Assembly: GCA_016182915.1 (NCBI GenBank)
Contig: JACPFP010000002.1
Location: forward strand, 27,188-91,187
Source of the DNA: Candidatus Dojkabacteria bacterium
Lineage (GTDB): Bacteria > Patescibacteriota > Dojkabacteria > SC72
Direction: 5' to 3'
DNA length: 64,000 nucleotides
In this document: piece by piece, positions 10,404 to 19,790 of the stretch
Layout: each line of letters begins with the position of its first letter
Numbering within the stretch: the stretch's first letter is position 1
Translations under genes and position numbers: made by a program
The notes under the pieces: model-generated
Databases searched by the model: none
The model's input: the letters and a program-made list of their open reading frames with translations, nothing else
What the model was told of the DNA's origin: nothing

Positions 10404-11135
10404 CTAAAAATAGAGATATTTTGAAATAAAATCGAGAACATAATTAACAGTTACAATGGATATCACGTAGGCGACCATAATAAAAGGGACAAGTGGTATA
10501 TATCTCTTCCTATTTCTCCTGTCTTTAAGAACAAGATAGATTGCATAGGTACCTGAAATCAGGATAGTAATCAGAAGAGTGAGAATACCAATCTCTAGAT
10601 TGAAGAGTAATAGAGTTGAGGAAAATATTAGAATATCTCCAAGCCCAATCTTCTCTTGTTTTAAATTTAAGATCCATATTGCAAGAAAAAGGATTGCAAC
10701 AGCAAGAAGTGAGTATGTAAAACTACTCAAGAGGGCATATATTAGGGAGACTCCAAAAATAACATCAACCAAAGTTTTAGGTATACTTTTGCTTTTGATA
10801 TCCCAGTAACTAAGGAGAAAGATATAGGTGAGGAAGAGATAGGGAAGAATTGAACTGTTATTCCAATACAGAAGCATAAAGGCTAACCCAAGGAATAGTT
10901 CTGAGACAGGGTAGTACCAGAAAACTTTCTTCCCACACTGTGAGCATTTACCCCCAGTAATAATGTAAGAGAGAATAGGGATGAGGTCATATACCCTTAG
11001 AGGCCTACCACACTTTTCGCAGTGCGAAGGTTTCATAAAAAGGTCATAACCACGAGCACCCTCCATTAAACGATAAGCAAGGGCGTTAAGAAAGCTTGCA
11101 AGTATTATTCCAATTATAAAAACTGCTATTACCAT
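10404..11135 (-). CDS. pilD: Prepilin peptidase (A24)
   Basis: SFLNAL, CEKC...CSQC Zn motif, DLIPILSY, catalytic WD and GLGD, C-terminal IPLVPF. Confidence 0.9.
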   Translation of the reverse strand: MVIAVFIIGIILASFLNALAYRLMEGARGYDLFMKPSHCEKCGRPLRVYDLIPILSYIITGGKCSQCGKKVFWYYPVSELFLGLAFMLLYWNNSSILPYLFLTYIFLLSYWDIKSKSIPKTLVDVIFGVSLIYALLSSFTYSLLAVAILFLAIWILNLKQEKIGLGDILIFSSTLLLFNLEIGILTLLITILISGTYAIYLVLKDRRNRKRYIPLVPFIMVAYVISIVTVNYVLDFISKYLYF

Positions 11136-11162
11136 AACTAAATATACGGTATAGATATAAAT

Positions 11163-11190
11163 AAAAAAAGGGAGGCCGAAGCCTCCCTTT
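11163..11190 (-). terminator. Rho-independent terminator after the pilin gene
   Basis: Minus strand AAAGGGAGGC-TTCG-GCCTCCC followed by a T7 run. Confidence 0.9.
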
Positions 11191-11209
11191 AAGTTTCAAT
11201 TACGAAGGT

Positions 11210-11746
11210 CTAGTTCCAACCCTCTCCACTTGCACCCCAATCTCCGCTGATAAACCCTGAAGCTACAGCAGCATCAAACTCATCCGCAGTAAGTTCTTTC
11301 TTAGATACAGTTGTCCCACCAATTGGAAGAATTCCAAACCCATTACCATTACAATATCCGCCAAGATCATTCTCATCATCAACGCCTCCAAAGGAGACGC
11401 AAACCAATGTACTTTGACCTGTGTCATCTACAGCATAGTAGTAAGTGGCATCACTTCCTCCGTCAAATGAGCTCGAATCAACATACTTCCCAAGAACACC
11501 AGTACTACTCAATGCACTATCAAAGGAGTCAAAATCTACTGATGAAGGATACTCTCTATTATCAGCATAATAACTCTGTAAACCTTGATATATCTGGTCT
11601 GCAGCACTTTGATGTTGCACTCTATTTGCTCTTTGAATTGCGAATCTTCCTGCAAAGATACCCATTGTCATAAGAATTACAAGGATTCCCATTACTACCA
11701 ACATTTCAACAAGTGTGAATGCTTTATATGATTTGAACTTAAACAT
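11210..11746 (-). CDS. Type IV pilin, probably the major pilin
   Basis: MFKFKSYKA|FTLVEMLVVMGIL, LQSYYADNREYP; flanked by its own promoter and terminator. Confidence 0.85.
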   Translation of the reverse strand: MFKFKSYKAFTLVEMLVVMGILVILMTMGIFAGRFAIQRANRVQHQSAADQIYQGLQSYYADNREYPSSVDFDSFDSALSSTGVLGKYVDSSSFDGGSDATYYYAVDDTGQSTLVCVSFGGVDDENDLGGYCNGNGFGILPIGGTTVSKKELTADEFDAAVASGFISGDWGASGEGWN

Positions 11747-11780
11747 ACTTAAAAAGTATAAAATTAACTCTACTATATCC

Positions 11781-11809
11781 AATCTACATCAGTACCTGGT
11801 GGCTGTCAA
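11781..11809 (-). promoter_or_regulatory. Sigma70-type promoter of the pilin gene
   Basis: Minus strand TTGACA-17 nt-TAGATT. Confidence 0.7.
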
Positions 11810-11813
11810 TAAT

Positions 11814-13025
11814 TTAACCAATTACCCCAGATAGGTTGAACATAGGCATATAGACGGCTAATGCAATGAAGGCAATTACGCCTCCCATAAGCACAAGCAT
11901 CAGCGGTTCCATAAGCGTAGCAATGTTATTTGTGGCCACAGTGACTTCATCATTGTAGTATTCGGCCATCTTTTCTAAAACGTTATCCATCTCTCCAGAT
12001 TCCTCACCGACCGCAATCATCTGACTTATAATTAGAGGGAATATCTGTGCACGTGCAATTGGTAGAGCAAGAGCCACACCTTTTTCAACCTCTTTCTTAG
12101 CCACCATCACCGCATCTTTATATATTACATTTGTAAGTGAACCTGCGGTTAATTCCAATGCCTTCACTATTGATAATCCACTTTTAAGCAAGAGTGCGAG
12201 TAGTCTTGTAAACTGAGCAATCTGCATTTTTGTAACAATCATTCCAAATATTGGAAGTTTTAGAGAAACTCTATGTATAAACTTCTTTCCATTTGGAGAA
12301 TCGTAGTAGTACTTGTACAAGATAGCAACGAGAATTGCGATAGTCGCAAGTAACCACCAATAGTTTATAAAGAAATTACTCGCCGTAATCATGAACTGAG
12401 TGATGGCAGGTAGTTCTGCACCGAACTCCCCATATATCTGTGCCATAGCAGGAACGAGGACAAACATCATAAGAAGAACAACACCCACAATAACCAACAC
12501 AATTATACTTGGATAGATCATTGCTGACTTAAGTTTCTCTCCCAATTTCTTTTGTTCTTCGAGTTCAACAGCAAGTCTTTCCAAAATAATCTGCAGGTTT
12601 CCACTTTCCTCTCCTGCTTCAACAAGATTAAGGGTAATGGAATCAAATACATTATTACTTTTTCTAAATGATTCTGCCAAGCCTTCTCCGCCTTGAACAT
12701 CCCCTAATACGTTTGATATAGTTCTTTTAAACATAGGATTCGTAGCCTGGGCTTCAAGAATCTCCAAGGCCTGGGTAAGAGGGAGTCCTGCACCAATCAT
12801 CGTAGCAAGCTGTCTCATGAAAACAACCTTATCTTTAATAGGAACCCCTCCGACATTAATTTCCTTAAGTTTGTCCCAACTTATACCAATCTCATCCTCA
12901 ACTTTAACAACAACGAGTTTCTTTCCTTGAAGAGTTTCAACAACAGTATCACGACTCCTAGATTCAATACTTCCTGTTATAATTTTTCCTTCAAGGTTCC
13001 TAGCTGTATATTTATATTTCTTCAT
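11814..13025 (-). CDS. pilC: Type IV pilus platform protein PilC (GspF family)
   Basis: RQLATMIGAGLPL, AGEESGNL, SAMIYP, VGEESGEMD, MEPLM, YMPMF. Confidence 0.95.
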   Translation of the reverse strand: MKKYKYTARNLEGKIITGSIESRSRDTVVETLQGKKLVVVKVEDEIGISWDKLKEINVGGVPIKDKVVFMRQLATMIGAGLPLTQALEILEAQATNPMFKRTISNVLGDVQGGEGLAESFRKSNNVFDSITLNLVEAGEESGNLQIILERLAVELEEQKKLGEKLKSAMIYPSIIVLVIVGVVLLMMFVLVPAMAQIYGEFGAELPAITQFMITASNFFINYWWLLATIAILVAILYKYYYDSPNGKKFIHRVSLKLPIFGMIVTKMQIAQFTRLLALLLKSGLSIVKALELTAGSLTNVIYKDAVMVAKKEVEKGVALALPIARAQIFPLIISQMIAVGEESGEMDNVLEKMAEYYNDEVTVATNNIATLMEPLMLVLMGGVIAFIALAVYMPMFNLSGVIG

Positions 13026-13034
13026 GTATAAAGG

Positions 13035-15320
13035 TTAGCTCTTAAGTAATCTTACAACTTCCTCTGGGTGAACTGCATAATCCTGAGCTTTATCCATAGT
13101 AATCAAACCTTCTCTAACAAGCTTTACCAGAGCATGCTCCAAGGAGACCATACCGACATCTGCACTAGTTCTAATTACATTATCAATTTGATGAGATTTA
13201 CCCTCTCTAATAAGATTCTTTACGGCACTAGTTCCAAGCATAATCTCAGAGACAGCTCTTCTTCCACCTCCATCAATTGGAATCAACCTCTGTGCTATTA
13301 CAGCTTCCAAAATGTTTGAGAGTTGAGCTCTAACCTGGGCCTGCTGATTCTCAGGAAATACATCAATAATACGGTCTATTGTCTGTGCCGCACTATTGGT
13401 ATGCAGGGTTGCAAACACAAGGTGTCCTGTCTCAGCAAGGGTAATGGTTGCCGCAATTGTTTCATAGTCTCTCATCTCACCAACCAGAATGACATCAGGA
13501 TCCTGTCTAAGTGCACTCTTTAGTGCAACAGCCCATGAATGGGTATCATCATGCATCTCTCTCTGGTCAACAACTGCTTTGGCCTTAGGGAAGATATACT
13601 CAATAGGGTCCTCAATCGTTATCATGTGAGCAGAACGATTCGTATTAATATGCTGCAATATTGCAGCCAGGGTAGTACTTTTTCCGTGCCCTGTAGGGCC
13701 AGTAACAAGGATGAGTCCCTGTTTCATATTTGCAAATTGTGCATAAATACCTGGCAACATAAGTTCTTCAATTGTTCGAATTCTTGTAGGAATCAATCTT
13801 AGAGCAGCAGCAAGATTCTCTCTTGAATAGAAAGCATTAATTCTGAACCTTGCTTCACCTCCATGTCTATGGGTATGAGCAAAATCAACCTCACGATTAA
13901 CCTCTAAAAGTTCTTTCTTTTGTTCTGTCAAAAGTGGGAATATCAATTCCTCAGAGTTTTCAGCAGAGACAATCTGTTGGTGTAATTCAATTAAAGTCCC
14001 ATCAATTCTAAGCATTACTGGATATCCAACAGAGATATGGACATCGGAAGCGTTTCTTTCGATGGCAAGATCAAGAATCTTATTAATATTTAGAGGATAT
14101 TTACCTCCGACAGTTGCTCCAGCATCTATAGATTCTGTACTTACAGAATCTTTTGCGTTTTCATCAATAACATTTGATGGCATAGTTACAGAAGATTCTC
14201 CAACCATTGAATCAACAGTTGGGGGAGTCTCAAGCGGAGTCGCAACAGTAGGCGACGCCTCACTTGGAGTGGTTGCCTGTTCTGATTGAAATTCCTCAAG
14301 AGGATCCACGGGGACACTTTCCTCAGTCTTAACTTCTTCTAGAGTAGGGGACACTAAAGTATCTGCCTGTGCAGCAACACTGGCATCTGGCACATCAGGG
14401 GAGGCAGAAATTGGAGGTTGAGAATTACCTGGATCTCCTAAATCAAGGGTAGGACTTTCAACAGTCTCCTCCGGATTAGGTGTTTCTATCATGGGATCGG
14501 GAGTGCTCATTTCACTAACAGATGGTGTTGATAACGGGACATCTAGGATAGTATCTGATTTCATCGGTTCAGAAAGGGGAACGTCCAATGAGCCTCCAGG
14601 ATTAATACTTGTATCTATATGTGAAGGAGTCTGGTCTGTGGCAGGTGTACTCATAGGCATTGATAATGGAGTTTCCATTGGCATATCCGTACCAGTTGAA
14701 GGTTGATCTGCTAATGGCATTGGTACATCTCCTGGGACAGCAGGTGTTTCAGGTCCATCCAAAGGGATATCTTCTTTTTTTGGTTCTTCCTTCTCTGGAG
14801 TTTCTTCAATTAGCTCCGACTTTAGCTCCGATAACTTTCGAGCAAGCGCTTGTAGCGGGCTCTCCTTTTTATCTTCCTTTTCGTCTTCTTTTTTTTCTTC
14901 CTCTTTTGGTTCTTCAACTGAAGGTTTCTCCATTTCCTCTTCCTTTTTTTCAGGTTCTATTGTTGGCTCAGTTGTAATAGGGTCAGGGGTCAGGGTAGGG
15001 GTTGGCATTGTCATTGGGTCTGATACAGGCATCGTTGTTGAAGACTGCATAAGGTCACTCATTGCTCCAGAGTTATTCTCGGGTAATGGAGTCATTGACG
15101 GGGAAGTGTCTGAAGTTTCAAATGTAGGACCTGATATCTGTTGACCTCTATTAGGATCTAGATCATCTATACTTTGCAAGGGTGCTGGTTGTGGGGTAGA
15201 AGTAGCCGGGTCAGGCGTTGGAGTAGAAACGGGCTGAGTAATAGCACTTGGACTACTACCACTATTATCTGTTTGAACAGGGTAATTTAAGTTTACTGAG
15301 TTATCGTCTTGGGCAGTCAT
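13035..15320 (-). CDS. pilT: Pilus retraction ATPase PilT with long N-terminal disordered extension
   Basis: ASDVH, Walker A GPTGHGKST, TIEDPIE, ALRQDPDVILVGEMRD, ETGHLVFATLHT, AVKNLIRE (AIRNLIRE motif). Confidence 0.92.
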   Translation of the reverse strand: MTAQDDNSVNLNYPVQTDNSGSSPSAITQPVSTPTPDPATSTPQPAPLQSIDDLDPNRGQQISGPTFETSDTSPSMTPLPENNSGAMSDLMQSSTTMPVSDPMTMPTPTLTPDPITTEPTIEPEKKEEEMEKPSVEEPKEEEKKEDEKEDKKESPLQALARKLSELKSELIEETPEKEEPKKEDIPLDGPETPAVPGDVPMPLADQPSTGTDMPMETPLSMPMSTPATDQTPSHIDTSINPGGSLDVPLSEPMKSDTILDVPLSTPSVSEMSTPDPMIETPNPEETVESPTLDLGDPGNSQPPISASPDVPDASVAAQADTLVSPTLEEVKTEESVPVDPLEEFQSEQATTPSEASPTVATPLETPPTVDSMVGESSVTMPSNVIDENAKDSVSTESIDAGATVGGKYPLNINKILDLAIERNASDVHISVGYPVMLRIDGTLIELHQQIVSAENSEELIFPLLTEQKKELLEVNREVDFAHTHRHGGEARFRINAFYSRENLAAALRLIPTRIRTIEELMLPGIYAQFANMKQGLILVTGPTGHGKSTTLAAILQHINTNRSAHMITIEDPIEYIFPKAKAVVDQREMHDDTHSWAVALKSALRQDPDVILVGEMRDYETIAATITLAETGHLVFATLHTNSAAQTIDRIIDVFPENQQAQVRAQLSNILEAVIAQRLIPIDGGGRRAVSEIMLGTSAVKNLIREGKSHQIDNVIRTSADVGMVSLEHALVKLVREGLITMDKAQDYAVHPEEVVRLLKS

Positions 15321-15391
15321 CGATGTATATTTTAAACTAATCTAATGTTAAAGATATCCTATAAACGAACATATTTCAAAACCTATATTAA

Positions 15392-17209
15392 TTAATCTTT
15401 GGATACTCTTAAAACCTCTTCGATGGTAGTTATACCCTCGATAGCCTTAAGATATCCATCCTGAATCATAGTTATCATTCCATCCTCTATGGCAGTTTTT
15501 TCAACATCTGTAGCCATCACATCCTCCATCATCATTCTTCCAATCTTCTCTGTTACGGTCAACACCTCGAATATTCCGGTTCTCCCTTTATAACCGCTTC
15601 CTCCACATCTATCACATCCCTTTCCTCTATATAGATAGATCTGATCCATTCCACTTGGATCTTTGTCAGGCATCTTTAAAACAACTCCCTCCGCTTCTCT
15701 TGTTTTAGCAGCTTCAGCAAGTTTTTTAGCATAGTTAACAACATCAAAGTTTTTAACGCTGGCGAGAGCTTCCTTAATATTTTTCATAACTTCTGGCGCG
15801 GCAGGATATGATTCTGCACAGTATTTGCATACTCTTCTTGGAAGTCTCTGAGCAACAATACACCTCAACGTAGAAGCAAGAAGATACGACTCAATACCCA
15901 TATCTAGTAGTCTTGGGATTGCAGCAGAGGAACTATTCGTGTGAAGGGTTGAAAGAACTAAGTGTCCTGTGAGTGAAGCCTGAACTGCAAGCTGAGCTGT
16001 CTCCTGGTCTCTAATCTCTCCAACAAGTACAATATCTGGGTCTTGTCTTAAGATGGATCTTAAACCAGCGGCAAATGTAAGTCCTACTTCAGCCTTTACC
16101 TGAACCTGGGTAACCCCTGGAACTCGGATTTCAACAGGGTCTTCCAAAGTAATAATATTAACCTTAGGATCGTTTAAACGAATCAGTGCACCAGCCAAAG
16201 TCCTCGTCTTACCACTACCAGTAGGTCCAGTAACCAGGATAATTCCATTTGTCACACTCATAGCATCAAGGAGATGCTTGTAGGCAGCCCCTCTTAAGCC
16301 TGTTGTATCAAGGCTAATATGTTCAAGGTCGTTTTCAAGCAAACGCATTACAACTTTCTCACCATAGATATTTGGAAGAGTTGAAACACGAACGTCAATC
16401 TTTTTATCTCCAATCTTTAACTGTAACCTACCGTCAAGAGGAACTCTTTTCTCGTCAATCTTAAGTCTTGCAAGAATCTTAAGTCTTGAGACAACGGAAC
16501 TTGCAAGGTGCTTTGGCAATGAGAGCCTCTCTGTCATCATTCCGTTCACCCTAAACCTAACCCTTAATCTATTCTCAAGGGGTTCGATATGTATGTCTGA
16601 CGACCCCGTTTTCACACCATACTGAAGAATTGAATTAACAATACGGGCTACGGGAGCAGATTTAAGATCCATTCCTTCCATATTCCCAACATATTCATCT
16701 CCGACCTGTTCCGTTAAATCAGCAACTGGAACCTGCACATCTTCAAGGGCATCAGTTACCTCAGTACTCATATGGTCTCCAACCCGTCTATCCAATACTG
16801 CATTTACTCCGTTTGCATCTGCAAAATATATTTCTAATTTTGTACCTGCTGGATACTTGGTTTCAAGGGCTTGAATCACCTGTACATCGAATGGATCAAG
16901 CATTGCCACTTTTACAACGTTTTCAACATGAGAGAATGGTACTGCATTATACTTCCTTAGGCTTTCAACATTGATCTCAGAGAGTGATTGCTCGGGTATT
17001 TCAAGCGCGGTTAGGTCAACATACGGGATATTAAAAATGTCAGATTTAGCCTTAATCAAAGCCTTTTCATCGACGAGGCCAAGCCTTCTGATTATCTGCT
17101 CCTCTGTTTCGGAGGTCTTAGTTCTTTCAACTTCAACCTTATTTACCGAATCGGCAGGGATTACTCCTTGCGTTACAAGTTGTTGTAATATTGAGCGAGT
17201 CGGGTTCAA
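15392..17209 (-). CDS. pilB: Pilus assembly ATPase PilB (GspE family)
   Basis: SSDIHIEP, GPTGSGKT, LRQDPDIVLVGEIRD, CKYC...CDRC Zn motif, GITTIEEVLRV. Confidence 0.95.
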   Translation of the reverse strand: MNPTRSILQQLVTQGVIPADSVNKVEVERTKTSETEEQIIRRLGLVDEKALIKAKSDIFNIPYVDLTALEIPEQSLSEINVESLRKYNAVPFSHVENVVKVAMLDPFDVQVIQALETKYPAGTKLEIYFADANGVNAVLDRRVGDHMSTEVTDALEDVQVPVADLTEQVGDEYVGNMEGMDLKSAPVARIVNSILQYGVKTGSSDIHIEPLENRLRVRFRVNGMMTERLSLPKHLASSVVSRLKILARLKIDEKRVPLDGRLQLKIGDKKIDVRVSTLPNIYGEKVVMRLLENDLEHISLDTTGLRGAAYKHLLDAMSVTNGIILVTGPTGSGKTRTLAGALIRLNDPKVNIITLEDPVEIRVPGVTQVQVKAEVGLTFAAGLRSILRQDPDIVLVGEIRDQETAQLAVQASLTGHLVLSTLHTNSSSAAIPRLLDMGIESYLLASTLRCIVAQRLPRRVCKYCAESYPAAPEVMKNIKEALASVKNFDVVNYAKKLAEAAKTREAEGVVLKMPDKDPSGMDQIYLYRGKGCDRCGGSGYKGRTGIFEVLTVTEKIGRMMMEDVMATDVEKTAIEDGMITMIQDGYLKAIEGITTIEEVLRVSKD

Positions 17210-17237
17210 GGGCAGTTGAACTAATATTATTCAATTA

Positions 17238-17266
17238 AGGATATATTAATAGTAGTTTAACGTCAA
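17238..17266 (-). promoter_or_regulatory. Sigma70-type promoter upstream of pilB
   Basis: Minus strand TTGACG-17 nt-TATCCT. Confidence 0.55.
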
Positions 17267-17290
17267 TGCAAATATGCTATTATTTGTATC

Positions 17291-17974
17291 ATGACAAGAA
17301 TAATTATTTCAGATACAAAAGAGGGGAGGGAGGTACTTCTTCTTAAACAGGTTTCAGAACTTTTAAGAAGGGAATTTAATATGATTGTAGATATTCTTAA
17401 GATTCCTGATATTCACTATCTAACAACGGTCGAAAATAGTTTAGGGATTGAAGAGGTGAAGAAGTTTGTGCAATCTATGATGTTTAAGCCATTTCAGGAG
17501 ATATACCAGATAGCCATCATAGATAATGCAGAAAAGCTTACAACTGAAGCCCAGAACTCTCTTCTAAAGACTCTTGAGGAGTCTGGGGATAGTACTGTGT
17601 TTTTCCTGCTGACGAGTAGTGAGGGATTACTCTTGGATACAATTAGATCAAGGGGGAGTCTATATTACGGGGATATGGGAAATAATCATTTTGAGAGCGA
17701 GGTTGTGGGATCGTTTTTAGAATTGGATACTGCACATAGGTTAAGGTTTGTAGAAAAGCTTGGGGCAGAGAAGGAGAGGGATGAGATTGTATTGTTTCTG
17801 AACTCGCTACTAGAAAAATATAAGGTTGAGTTTGAGGAGGGGATTGTAAAGGGGGAGAGGAATCCGAGTATTGTTAAAAAGATTAGTGAGATTGAGGGGA
17901 CATTAGAGGCGATAAAGGGAAATGTAAATAAAAAGTTGGCATTGTACAACATGGTCGTGCAGATGGGGGAGTAA
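17291..17974 (+). CDS. holB: DNA polymerase III delta-prime subunit (short form)
   Basis: IIDNAEKLTTEAQNSLLKTLEE and LLDTIRSR clamp-loader motifs. Confidence 0.8.
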   Translation: MTRIIISDTKEGREVLLLKQVSELLRREFNMIVDILKIPDIHYLTTVENSLGIEEVKKFVQSMMFKPFQEIYQIAIIDNAEKLTTEAQNSLLKTLEESGDSTVFFLLTSSEGLLLDTIRSRGSLYYGDMGNNHFESEVVGSFLELDTAHRLRFVEKLGAEKERDEIVLFLNSLLEKYKVEFEEGIVKGERNPSIVKKISEIEGTLEAIKGNVNKKLALYNMVVQMGE

Positions 17975-18036
17975 TATCTTTTTAGGAGACCACTCATATA
18001 AACGCTTTACGCTATTGGCTAGCAGTTTTATTTTTC

Positions 18037-18193
18037 TTGAGAAATATACCCTTCAGTAGACTTAGAGACCGCATATGTAAGGGAAATAATCCAATCAAAA
18101 CTAAGGTTAAAGCCTTAGCTTTGCTCTTGAGCTCAAACTGCAAGCCCTCACATTGTCTTCTAAGTCATCTAAATATTTGGAATATATAATCAA
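18037..18193 (-). ncRNA. Candidate rod-shaped structured RNA (6S-like architecture)
   Basis: Nested complementary blocks GACTTAG/CTAAGTC, AGAC/GTCT, ATGTGAGGG/CCCTTACAT and CAAAGCTAAGG/CCTTAGTTTTG, with G-U pairs only on the minus strand and a central unpaired bubble. Confidence 0.45.
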
Positions 18194-18222
18194 ATCGCAA
18201 GTGCTTAACTATTTGACAGCCC

Positions 18223-19659
18223 CTAATTTAACTTAAGATCTCTTTGACCCTTCGATTCAGCATTCGGAATAGAGACACTAAATACAGTTAACCCACTCTC
18301 TCTTGCATAAGTAATCTTTCCTCCCCAAGTTTCTTCAATATATTTCTTTGAAATATACAGTCCCAGTCCACAACCATTTTCTCGAGTTGTAAAAAATTCT
18401 GTAAATAGCTTCTTCTGATTTTTGTCAGTGACACCCTCTCCATTATCGGTAATTGAGATATTTATGCCATCTCCTCTCGAAATAGCTTTAACCATTATCT
18501 GCGGGTTTTCCTTTCCTTTCACAGCCTCAAGTGCATTATCTAGAACATTAGTCAATACATGTTTTAATTTCGTCATATCCCCAGTAATTTTGAGCTCTCT
18601 CTCATTAAGGTTTGGTATTGGGACATTATAGCTATTAAATTTCCAGCTAAGTATTTCAACGACATTCGTAAAAATAGCACCTAGAGAGGAACTCGTTGTA
18701 TTTGTTTTCTCTGTAAGCTCCTCTCTAATAGAATCTAACTCATTGGTAATATCCTTAAAAGAAACTGCTAAATGAGTTTTCATTTTTGAGCTAATTCTCA
18801 GATTAGAGATTTCATTTAGTAAGCACATGAGCGGAGAACGAATATTATGAACTTTCTTCCCAATTCCCATCGCGATAAGAGCCAATTTATTCATTTGAGA
18901 AAACCTTTCTTTTTCGCTTTTATTTAGATAATGATATGCACTACTTAATGTAGCCTTCGATTCATCAAGCTTCAAATTACTCTGCATTAGTTTTACGGTC
19001 TGTTTTAGGACTCTTTTGTTAAGAACTTCATTTTTAAATTTAAGATCATCAACGAGTTTATGGATTTTAGATACTTGATTTTCAGAATGAGTATGGTAAA
19101 TCCAAATTACATGTGAGATTAAAACGAAGCATATACTAATTATCAGGGTATCGTAAATAAATACTTCAGGAGACCAATCAGATAGATATTTAATTATTTT
19201 CAGTGACTCCAAAATTCCAATAACAGGTACACTTACAAGGTAAATCAAAGCGACCCTAATACTCCATTCCTTTTTAAGCAGGTAAAAACATAATGAGAGA
19301 AATAATACTCCTAAAATAATTCCAATATAATGAAGTATACCCCACAAATAAAAGCAGATTAGACTAATCGTCCCTAGTATTCCAATCAACAGGTATCCAA
19401 AAACAATGAACTTACCTCGGATAAAAACTACTACAGTTAATATACTAACTAACAGAAAGAAAACATCCATTATGAAGTCTCTTATTAAAATCCTCCCAAC
19501 TACAAAACCAATGAAAATACTTATGGCGAAAAAGATTATACATATTACAATAGGGACAAAAAGTACAGAGGTAAGGAACTTATTGGAATTTTTGGTTTTA
19601 AGATCCCATTTCTTCCTAATATTAGCTATCCCTTTGAAATACTCCTTTAATATCCCCAT
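18223..19659 (-). CDS. Membrane sensor histidine kinase
   Basis: Multiple TMs, coiled coil, H-box HNIRSPL, N-box NVLDNA, G1 DNGEG, F-box FTEFFTT, G2 GCGLGL. Confidence 0.9.
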   Translation of the reverse strand: MGILKEYFKGIANIRKKWDLKTKNSNKFLTSVLFVPIVICIIFFAISIFIGFVVGRILIRDFIMDVFFLLVSILTVVVFIRGKFIVFGYLLIGILGTISLICFYLWGILHYIGIILGVLFLSLCFYLLKKEWSIRVALIYLVSVPVIGILESLKIIKYLSDWSPEVFIYDTLIISICFVLISHVIWIYHTHSENQVSKIHKLVDDLKFKNEVLNKRVLKQTVKLMQSNLKLDESKATLSSAYHYLNKSEKERFSQMNKLALIAMGIGKKVHNIRSPLMCLLNEISNLRISSKMKTHLAVSFKDITNELDSIREELTEKTNTTSSSLGAIFTNVVEILSWKFNSYNVPIPNLNERELKITGDMTKLKHVLTNVLDNALEAVKGKENPQIMVKAISRGDGINISITDNGEGVTDKNQKKLFTEFFTTRENGCGLGLYISKKYIEETWGGKITYARESGLTVFSVSIPNAESKGQRDLKLN

Positions 19660-19790
19660 GGTGAAACAATATTTTGGTGAGTTTTTAATATTGCTCGATA
19701 TTGAAGTGGTTTAAGACATAACATGAAATTAGATATATTTATTTTATTCCTAGATTATCTCATATGACCATAACAAAATCTTAACAATCT

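Noticed and set aside
18037-18193. SRP (4.5S) RNA
   Set aside because: No GGAA tetraloop or CAGG/AGCA domain IV internal loop.
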